Origin: Octopus sinensis
Lineage: Eukaryota
Direction of reading: 5' to 3'
DNA: 64,000 nt
NCBI RefSeq assembly: GCF_006345805.1
Contig: NC_043007.1
Span: 72,354,001-72,418,000, forward strand
Shown: piece by piece, positions 54,430 to 64,000 of the stretch
How positions within the stretch are numbered: position 1 is the stretch's first letter
Layout: each line of letters opens with the position of its first letter
Program-made: the position numbers and the translations under genes
The notes under the pieces: generated by a model
Told to the model about the DNA's origin: nothing
The model's input: the letters and a program-made list of their open reading frames with translations, nothing else
The model's database searches: none

Positions 54430-56040
54430 TAAGCGTTTCCCAATGCCTCCTTTTACACTACCACCCCCTCAGACACCAGCACCCACCTGGACCCTTTAAA
54501 CAATGAAAATTTCCCCGTGAGTGCAAAGAGAAATCCGAGGGTTACCCATTAAAACAGTACAAAATGCACGGTCAGTCACCCTAACCTCTGAGGCAAGCGC
54601 TCTCCTCATTAAGTCCCTCTCCAATCTAAAAGCGCATACTCAGAGCAGGCCCGTTCATTCGGACCATGATTGATGCTCTCATCCCCATTTCAACGAATTT
54701 CCTGCTGGGCAACACTTCCTTCCTTGTTCTCAGTTTCCTTTTCAAGTTGACAAGGGCTTGGTTAAAGAGGAAGGTGTCTGTCTTCAGCCCTTTCAGTCTC
54801 GTTCACCATATGACCTCTTTCACCATGCCCACAGGCAAACGAAGACTGCCTGCTCTTCTCAGCCAAAAGGTTGTGGTGGATTAATCCTCAATATGGACTC
54901 AGGTGAGAGTTGGATCCGTTTTATATGCAGGAGCAGGTGTTTGATATAAACCCATAAATCGGCAATGCTCGTGCAGTGCGCTTTCATCGCGCTGCATGCG
55001 TCTCAGATAAGTCCGGCTGACGACGCTATAGAGCGTATCTTGAACCAGCAACGCCACCCAGTAGCACTCTCAAGCCGAGGATTTCTGGAAATTATCCATG
55101 GATTGTGAACCCAAAATCGTCGCGAGTAGAATAACCACTTGATTTTTAAGCGACGCTTCGAGTTTTCCCAAGAACATCATCGCACTTTCTCGCTACTAAT
55201 CCTTTATTAATCGCCGTGGAACTTCCACCGACTACATTGACGAAATCCAGATGCCAAGCGTTCTGTCGAAATTCCAGATCCCAAGCGCCCTGTCTCGGTC
55301 TTCGCTTGACCCAGGGCTGTAACTCTGTCAATGAGACCAGCTGAAGAAAATATGTCTGACAAATGATGACCACACCAGTTCGTTGACAAGGACAGGTTGA
55401 AGATGTTGCACGCCCAGCGCAAGACTGCACATCGTTAGCCACGATATGCGTTGTAGGCATTCGCCTTCTCTTCCCGATCTTTTAAGGGAAACTTCTTTTC
55501 AGCACATTTCTGAATAACACTGGCCACACTGTTCATCACCTCGTACCAGTTCTTGTCCAAATGGAGGCCTCAGGGAAACCAGACTACGAACTTTCTAGTA
55601 GGCCAGTCCGTCCAACGACCATGGTTCTGTTGGATAGCATGGACCTGCTTCTTCAGGTGCCGTGTTGCATGCCTGATGACTTCCCGCAGTTAATTTTTCT
55701 CTCCTGTCATCCTCTTGTATTGCCCTAGAGCAGTGCAGATTTACTGGATGTGCTTGCTCAGTGTTCGACAGTATGACGGCGAAGTTGTCTGCATATGCCG
55801 ACACAGATGCACACCACGCTAATTCGCACTGTACGTTCTTCAACGTCCCCAATTTCCGAGGTGGTGGCTCTAGAGTTAAAGCATTCAGAAGAGACTAGAG
55901 CGGACAGTCTTGACGACTTGAGTGCATGATACTGAATAGTTCCGAAAGGTGGCCACTCATCCTGACCACTGAACACATATTACTGTAATTTGCAGCGATC
56001 CAGCACTTGAAAATGGAGCCGAAGTAAATTAACCTAGATA
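54430..56040 (-). pseudogene. Tx1/L1-clade ORF2 fragment (RT C-half to 3' UTR)
   Basis: SVVRMSGHLSELF...RQDCPL*SLL.ALTLEP...VSAYADN, followed by C-terminal motifs similar to the 46850-48160 copy. Confidence 0.82.
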
Positions 56041-56153
56041 CACCACATGAACTTGCAAGTAATACAATGACTCACAGCAAAATAAGTCTTCTCATCTACC
56101 ATCAGCAATTTACACTTCGCATGAAATTCAATATATATAGGAAAGAACAAGTG

Positions 56154-56213
<60 letters not shown>

Positions 56214-57729
56214 TTGATGGAGATTATAATAATGATATCTTTATATTGTACAAAATATTTTGGAAGGTTGCATATGCAACATGAATTTTATCTAAAATGG
56301 TCTTTATGACATTATGTATGGTTTGTAAGTACAGTTTCTCATTACTGGTCTCGGTAAAAATAACTACTGGCGCATACAATTAATATATCTATACATCCTA
56401 TTGTATACCATTATCTACAGCCTCGCAGCACCATATCTTGTGCTATATAGTGGAATCAGAGACTAGATATAATGTACTATTATATTTCGGTAACTGCTCA
56501 AGTTATTTCATCAATCAAACTTAAAACAATGTGTCACCTCAAAAGATTAGTTGGAAATTATCATGTTGACTGACCCTAACTAAACGAAGACATATTTTCG
56601 CATTCTTATTAAGGTTTGTAATTACCCAATAGTTATAAAGCAAATAAAGAAATAACAACAACCAAAGCAACCACGTTTATTATTCAATAACAAAAACAAA
56701 ATAAAGTTGCAAAAAAAATTATATTTATAAAAGCCATTCTTAGGAACAGACGACCTTTCAATTTCCTAGTCCATCCTCCATTTTATTTCTCTGAAAACAT
56801 CTGCTGTTACGGCTTCTTAGCATGAGAACTGTACATTCTTCGGTGCTGCTTACAACACAATGTCATTTTTAATAACGACATGTCAACACGTTGTAATAAC
56901 ATGGCGACTAGCTGTGTCACATTACTGAGATGTAACAGTGTTTAGAGGCTGAGCTGGGTCCTCTAAAATTATCTGAGAAACTCTGGAAAATCGGTTTCAC
57001 TACAATGTTTTAACACTGACTTTTTCGGCAGAGAATTACTATGTCAGAAAATCACCACCATCAGATTGTTGTGAATACCTGAATAAGTAGCAGGGAATGC
57101 CTTAGTTTAAACTCACTATGACCTCTGGCCTCAGACTTAAAATTCGGCTGGCTTTTTTTTTTAACATGAGAGTGTTTACATAAAAACAAAACTAAAAACA
57201 AAACAGCAAACATACAACAGCCTCCTGCCGCCTTGTCATTTTAATTGGGGCAGGCTCCGAGTTAATCATTGTCGACACGATTGGGCCGCTTGCTTAAAAG
57301 TTTGTCACGTACCATGATAAAAAGCACATAATTCCCCCACAATGAACAGCTTTTCCCACCCTAAACAGTCAGAGAGTAACTACTGTCTCAGTTGGTATAT
57401 AAGCAATGATTTCATGGAATAATTTCGCCCTCCCCATCCAGAACAGATTTTGTTCATTTCTCTTCGAATATTTTTCTCTTGGAGTAAATGACTCATGCCT
57501 TGTATACACTGTAGTTCGTTATTTCAGTAGCTAAAAACAAGAGATAATGACGACCAGATTAAATGAAAATAATCCATAACAGTTTTATCAGTGGGAAACT
57601 CTACTGGTACATAATGGAGCAAATTGCATGCATACTCAAACGGATGTATCACTTTAACACGCGCACACACACGAGCGCGCGCGCATACACACACACACAT
57701 GTGCGCATGAACACACACACACACACACA

Positions 57730-57785
<56 letters not shown>

Positions 57786-58048
57786 ACATACATTTTAGAA
57801 TCATTACCACTTTCTTGTAGATTTAAATAAAGACCGAAAAAAATATAGGCTGGTTCGGTTGGTCAAATCTTTTTATGGTCACTTCTGTTCTGGCATTAAA
57901 GCATTTTTCTTTCATATTGCAAAAACTAACTACAGTTAGAAGGTCTGATGAAAAAAATAAAGAACTGTTATCGGTAGAAACGGGAATAAAGTGAAAGACC
58001 CTGTTCTGAACTGAAAACTACTAGTACTAACAATAATAATAATAATTA

Positions 58049-58260
58049 ATTCTTTTTATTGGCCACAAGGGCTGACAAACATGATTGGAAAACATAAAGG
58101 GACAAAACAGGACGAAAGGTTACAAAGGGTTTTGTCCGTTTGTGAAAAAATCGTGTAAAAATAGTGTAACAATCAAATAATATAACAACGAAAAACTCCC
58201 AATAGGGGGAGGCGTTACGAAAGGTTCCTGGTGGAAAAACCCATAAAAGCCAACGGTAGC
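58049..58260 (-). mobile_element. Tx1-type LINE 3' UTR and tail
   Basis: Minus strand ends gccc-ttgtggccaataaaaagaatt(att)n. Confidence 0.65.
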
Positions 58261-59731
58261 CTTATGTTGCCGCTCTCTTTGGTTCTGAGAAAAATGGGAA
58301 TTGGTTACAAACTACGGAAAAACATGAGACCAATCAATCAACTTATGTTTATGGATGATTTAAAGCTTTACGGAACTAGCAGTGGTCAATTATATTCCTT
58401 TATTCAGTCAGTACGAATTTTCTCTCAAGACATCCAGATGACATCTCTCTATATATAAACGGCAGTTTGTCTGTCTGCGTGTCTGTGTGTCTGTTAGGTT
58501 GTACCCTCACCCTGACCACGGCTTTCAACCGATTCTGATGAAACTTGACACACACATAGCCCAATGTCATAATTCAAAACTAACGCAGCGAAAATTTTGA
58601 AAAGTTCCCCCAGTTCTGAAAAAAAAATCGATAAATTCGACATGGGGTCGAGAATCAGAAACACAAACCACAGACTGTCTAGGGGACGCAACTCGACCTT
58701 TTTAACTCTCAAAAAAATTTACCATCATTTTTTTTTCCATTTTTTTGCTATTTTTTGGCTATAACTCTCTAAAAATGCTTTATAGTTATTTCCCTTACAA
58801 ACCCGAGCAACGCCGGGCGATACTGCTAGTTTGGTATAAAGAAATGCGATGTTATCGAACTAAGGAGATAGTGAAAAGTAAAAGTAGACAACAGTGGAAT
58901 ACAACTTCCAAGTTTATGATCGGATAAGAGAAGTGAACGGAGAGGGTTACAAGTAAGTGTTTTGGTGTTTTACAACAACGCCAAATACTAAACACCTAGA
59001 TGATACAGAAAATCTCTTCTGAATATACGAGAAGAGTTAAAAAGTTATGTAGGTCTAAACTAAATGGAGAGAACCTGATTAGAAGTATCAACATGTTGGC
59101 TGTAGGTGGGATACGTTACTATGCAGGTGTTGAGGAATGGTCGAAAGAAGAACTTGTCAAATTGGATTTTAAAAAAATCTTGGAAAGTAATGGCTATGCA
59201 TGGATGTCTTGGTACTAGGAGTAACGTAGCAACGCTATACTTAGCTAGGAAGGTGAAAGAGACCTGCTTGAAATAGAAGATAGTGTTTTGAAAGGGATCA
59301 AGTCCTTGCATGCTTATGTGAGGAATAGTGAAGAAAGGATGTTGTAGGCTGCACTGGATGAGAAGGTGTTCAATGACAATGGAGGAACCCTCCAGGAGTA
59401 CAATATGAGAATTGATAGAGAAAGGAACACCAACTGAAAAGAGAAAGTCCTATACGGAGAATTTTTACAACAAACAACGGATGAAAGAGATGGTTAGGAC
59501 GGTTTTTTAAAGAAGGAAACGGAAGGACTGATTATTGCTGCGGAAGAACATGCTTTACTTACTCATTCAAATGTAGTATTGGTAAGACAGAAGCGTCACT
59601 TTTGTGTAGACTACGTCGAAAATCATCTGGGACAGTAATACTTGGAACAGCTCATGTGTTGACGAAAGTGATGCGTCTCAAAGCTGTGGGAAGGAGCTGA
59701 GATGTGACATATGCATAGATAAATCGGTTAA

Positions 59732-59805
<74 letters not shown>

Positions 59806-60354
59806 TAATAATAATAATAACAGCAATAACAATAATAATAATGTAATTAGTGGATGTTCAAAACTAGCCCAAAAGGAAGACAAATTTTTAAAAAAACACT
59901 ATGACAAAGAATGCACTGAGAGAAGTGCAAGAAGTATGGGCTAGAATATTCCAACAAGTGGTATGAGCACCAACCTTTAACAGTAGCAAGAAATGATCAG
60001 GTGGGACTCATATGGAATGTGCCAATATATACAGACGAAAAACTGCAACATAACCGGCCAGGTATCACTCTCCTACAGAAGGAGTCCAAAGTATAGATCT
60101 GCATCGACGTAGCGATTCCTGCAAACGAATATATTGTTAAGGTCGGGAAGTACCAAGACTTAGGATAGGAAATTAAAAGAATCCTTAGAGCCTCAAATGT
60201 GAGTGTGGTACCTATTGTGATCGGAGCACTAAACTTCATAGGAAGTATTTAGATAGCAGTAATACTTGGAATAGCTCATGTGTTGACGAAGTGATGCGTT
60301 TCAAAGCTGTGGGAAGGAGCTGAGATGTGACATATACATAGATAAATCGATTAA

Positions 60355-60360
<6 letters not shown>
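58261..60360 (+). pseudogene. R4/Dong-clade LINE (RT to 3' end), split by a Helitron and a short R4 3' insert
   Basis: FMDDLKLYG...FSQDIQMT|FGIKKC, SKLNGENLIRSIN, CRL..TV|VISGCSKLAQK, HNRP...IDVAIP, VPIVIGAL. (AAT)n tail to ~60562. Confidence 0.88.
58444..58829 (+). mobile_element. Non-autonomous Helitron
   Basis: 5' TC, 3' hairpin cccgagcaacgccggg then CTAG, inserted between A and T with no TSD. Removing it restores the R4 reading frame. Confidence 0.9.
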
Positions 60361-60398
<38 letters not shown>

Positions 60399-60444
60399 TA
60401 ATAATAATAACAACAACAAAAACAACAACAACAACAACAATAAT

Positions 60445-60484
<40 letters not shown>

Positions 60485-60498
60485 TTGATAATAATAAC

Positions 60499-60535
<37 letters not shown>

Positions 60536-60562
60536 TAATAATAATAATAATAATAATAATAA

Positions 60563-61120
60563 CATGCCCTGATGCAGTACCAGGCAGTGACTCTCATGGC
60601 TTCTGATCTTAACTGATTGGAAGTGTTATCATGTACATTGTTTTGTCTTGGTATAAAAGATGGGCTACAGCAAATATTCTGCTCAATACCACAGATTTGC
60701 TTGTCAGTTGTTTGACTTTAACCAGTTGAGCATGTCCCTTAGTGGCTGACGATATGTGCATCTCTGATCACGAGCAGAAGTAGTGGGGGAGCATCATAGC
60801 CATGTGTTGAAAGGGATTCTTTGGGGTTTGAATAATTCACCTCTGGAAACATGGGTGGTTCTTTCAACATCCTTAAACAACCCTTATTCAGGGACCTTTC
60901 GAGCGGGATGGGCTACTCAACCTGAAGAAAATTCTAACTGGGCCCCACCTGCAAGGTCATGTGCTGTTTATCTTGATATGAGATCACCATGTCGCGCACA
61001 TATGGTTGTGATGCATGTGCCTGGTGTACCCTTATCAAACGGATAGCCATGATGGGTATATTGGGCTTCGTATATTTTACCCCAGTGTCACTTTGATGGC
61101 ATGAACTGCTCTCTCACTCA
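60563..61120. mobile_element. Unclassified ~560-bp non-coding element between two (AAT)n arrays
   Basis: Complex sequence with sharp edges against AAT arrays on both sides, and no convincing ORF. Confidence 0.5.
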
Positions 61121-61126
61121 ATGATG

Positions 61127-61249
<123 letters not shown>

Positions 61250-61400
61250 GGTGTATTGCAAAAGTCGGCATTACTTGGAACTGCACGCATATTACGTAAA
61301 GTACTGTCTGTCTGTCTGATGTCCTTGTTGTGACTTGACAAACAGTACAAACCCCCGGTAGACACAATCAACAAGTCCGTCTGACTGCACACCAGTGCCA
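61250..61400 (+). mobile_element. Very short R4/Dong 3' end
   Basis: LQKSALLGTARILRKVLSV plus a 3' UTR shared with fragment 3, directly after (AAT)n at 61123-61249. Confidence 0.75.
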
Positions 61401-61459
61401 GTGGAGCTTGTCGCGATTTATGTATCCGGGTTATTTCCCTTCATCAGCACAGAATAATC

Positions 61460-61615
61460 GTTCGGCTAGAGGTGACACTACCAAATTGCCGTTCGAAATA
61501 TATAGTTTTCAAAGTGACAATTAGTCACTGATCTATAAATTAGAAAATTACTATTTGTAAATCTCACAACTATACATTTCAAACGGGAATTTGGCAGCCC
61601 CACCTCTAGCCGAAC
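61460..61615. mobile_element. Small foldback/MITE
   Basis: TIR gttcggctagaggtg / cacctctagccgaac and inner inverted repeat ccaaattgccgttcgaaat / atttcaaacgggaatttgg. Confidence 0.65.
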
Positions 61616-61639
61616 AATTTTTTTTTTTTAAGAACTCTG

Positions 61640-62335
61640 GCCGAATTTTTTTGTGCGAAGCCACAGAAAAATGAGAAGTTATGTTTGGACAAAAGTATTG
61701 TCAGAATTAGGGTGGGAAGAATCCCACCGTGAATAGACCCAGAGTGGATAATAGCCGCAATTTTTTTATTTGGAGATGAGGAAGGAAAGCGAAGACGTGA
61801 AGATGGGCATGATAAGCCGAACCCAACAAGTGAAGTGTTGGGGCTATGGATTAGAGATAATTTATGCAGTGATCCCGAAATATTACAACAAAATACCCGA
61901 AACTTTAGAGCTACCAAATGAAGAAAAGCTGGAGATAACGTTTGAGGGGTGACCCCACCAAAGTGTTACGAATGTGGTGAAAGAGGGCACTTAAGAAACA
62001 AATGCCCTAGAGCAGCAGTGGAAACTGTAGAGGAGAGTATTCAGGAGAATATAATGGTGGAGAAACAGCAAAAGCAGATAACAGAACAAGACGGGAATTT
62101 TGCGGAGGTGAAAGCAAGAAAAAGAGAAAGGAGGAAGTCACCAACGATAGTGGAAGTGAAAAAATACAAAGCAATGGAAGAGGCAACCTACGGCGAGACT
62201 CGGGGAAGATTCACCAGTAGGATCACCTGTAAAGGACTTACAAGTACAGAAAGAGTGAATCCATTGGGGTCGGAGGTTGAACCTCGCGCTTCGGGAGTGA
62301 ATTATGTGGACGAAAAGGAGAAGATGAAGTGGTAA
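61640..62335 (+). pseudogene. Tx1/L1-type ORF1 (gag-like, CCHC zinc knuckle), disrupted
   Basis: RVGRIPP*IDPEWIIAAI...IPETLELPNEEKLEITFEG*PPKCYECGERGHLRNKCP, ending PLGSEVEP..VNY...KW*. Confidence 0.75.
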
Positions 62336-62363
62336 GTCGTGATTTACTTTAAAGTCTGTGAAA

Positions 62364-63080
62364 TATTTCTTTATTACCCACAAGGGGCTAAACATAGATG
62401 GAACAATCAACACATGAAAGAATAGAATAGTGAAATTATACAATGAAGATGGAACGGCCACTCCAGCCCCGCTCCGGGGTGGTTACGTTATTTCAATTAT
62501 TTCAACAGTTCTTTTCAAAATAAAACTCTACTTACCATTTTATATAGTTCTTAATTTCCTCATAGTTCACCCTTGGATCGTTGGGTTCGAAATTCACCTC
62601 GGGCCCCAGTGGGCTTATATCTGATGGGAAAGCCTCTTTTAACTTTTTATACTTATCTTTTACCATTAAAATCCATCTCGTCTCTTTATCGTAACCCTCC
62701 GAGAGGTCCACTTTAACAATGTCTTTCATTTCAGTTATTTTCCCTTCTATATTTTGTGTCGACCGATATGTTATCAAGTATATTCTGCTCCTGTTCTCCT
62801 CCTGCGTCTGTATGACTGTTCTTCCTTGTTTCTGTTACTCTGCACCATCATGTGTCCGTTCTTGTACATTTATTTGCAGCTGTATGTCTGTGTGTTCACC
62901 CGTCTGCGTGTCGGCATTTCGCACTGCTTTAGCAGGCCCGGGACGACGGAAGCCCGACTCCCCGCCGCTGTCGCACATATCTTCATTTTCTCCATTTCAG
63001 CAACGCTCACCAAACAATGGTGGTGTTATTGCACAAAACCGCTGCAAAGCAGTACAAAACAACCAACAAAAAAACCACAG
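62364..63080 (-). mobile_element. ORF1-only (HAL1-like) retroelement candidate
   Basis: An ORF ending PLGPEVNFEPNDPRVNYEEIKNYIKW* (stop 62532-62534) is followed after only ~170 nt by the tail gtttagccccttgtgggtaataaagaaata. Confidence 0.6.
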
Positions 63081-63081
63081 A

Positions 63082-63237
63082 CTTCTTTATTACCCACAAG
63101 GGGCTAAACATAGATGGGACAATACACACATGCGGGGACAATCAACACGTGAAAGAATAGAATAGTGAAATTATTCAATGAAGATGGAACGGTCACCCCA
63201 GCACCGCTCCAAGGTGGTTACGTTATTTCAATTATTT
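63082..63237 (-). mobile_element. Second copy of the same 3' UTR and tail
   Basis: Direct repeat of ~62364-62505 with substitutions and a ~20-bp indel. Confidence 0.8.
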
Positions 63238-64000
63238 AAAATAGCTTTAGCTTCTGCTACTTCTGGGATTGCAGCAACATTACTACCCGGAGGTCGGACT
63301 TTAGATTTATCTAACAATCAAGATCCAGTTTGTAATATATCTAAAAATTCTGCAATGGGTGAGCTAATACAAAGATGTCACCTAATTGTCTGGGACGAAT
63401 GTACCATGGGCCACAAAAAAACTTTTGAAGCTATTAACAGAACATTACGAGACAGAAATTGCAATTCCATGATGGAAAATTTCACAGTATTATTGTCAGG
63501 AGACTTCCGACAAACACTACCAACTATTCCAATGGGAACAAAAGTGGATGAGCTCAATGTTTCAATAAAGCCTTCTGTATTATGGCATCATGTGAAAACA
63601 CTTCAACTTTCAACAAACATGAGATCGTGTCTTTCAAGACATCAATCAGCTGAACTATTTGCAGAGCAGCTGTTGAAACTCGGTGAAGGGAGACGTCCAA
63701 TTGATGAACAGTTTCTTACACTCAATCCAATTATGTAATTCAACTCATTCCGTCGAAGATTTGGTGGATGAAATCTTTCCTAATCTTCTTCATAATTACA
63801 ACAACACAGATTGGATCTGTGAGCAAGCTACCCTCGCTCCTAAAAATATTGCAGTACATAGCATCAATAATATGCTATTGAATAAGCTCCCGGGGGAAAT
63901 ATTCACTTATAACTCAATTGACAGCGTATTTGATGATCAGGATAGTGTTAACTACCCCATCGAATATTTGAACTCATTAGAACCACCAGATATAGCTCTT
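63238..64000 (+). pseudogene. Helitron RepHel PIF1-like helicase fragment (frameshift near 63735; runs off the window)
   Basis: ASATSGIAATLLPGGRT, IVWDECTM, LLSGDFRQTLP, LQLSTNMR, then LAPKN...YPIEYLNSLEPP in the shifted frame. Confidence 0.88.

Noticed and set aside
48737-56040. Plus Tx1 piece and the 54430-56040 minus piece as one inverted element
   Set aside because: Both contain the same RT segment (SVVKVNGYLSEP vs SVVRMSGHLSEL) with different sequence, so they are separate copies.
63178-63738. Host PIF1 helicase gene
   Set aside because: It is intronless, frameshifted, lacks the start of Walker A and is fused to a retroelement UTR. The motifs are of Helitron RepHel type.

Overview
AT-rich, microsatellite-saturated animal DNA. 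The SINE families and repeat spectrum resemble a cephalopod (Octopus-like) genome; this is inferred by recognition, not by database search. I found no intact host protein-coding gene, tRNA gene or CRISPR array, and most ORFs in the track are microsatellite translations. Positions 1-46.7 kb hold tRNA-derived SINEs (called A, B/B2, V-type here), MITEs (Tc1/mariner, hAT, Merlin-type, foldbacks), Penelope-like terminal repeats and very old LTR/hAT/RTE remnants. Positions 46.8-64 kb are a nested stack of decayed autonomous elements: Tx1/L1-clade LINEs, R4/Dong-clade LINEs chained through (AAT)n, a Gypsy LTR-gag-protease, Helitrons, and ORF1-only retroelements. The best leads are: (1) a canonical type I hammerhead ribozyme with an 86-nt stem II and palindromic stem III (22919-23029, minus); (2) ORF1-only (HAL1-like) elements whose 3' tail is nearly identical to the young SINE-B tail; (3) two Merlin-type MITEs with GG termini and 8-bp TSDs; (4) R4/Dong chaining and self-insertion at AAT; (5) SINE dimers bounded by one TSD pair. 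Coordinates were read by eye, and the ends of old repeats are approximate.
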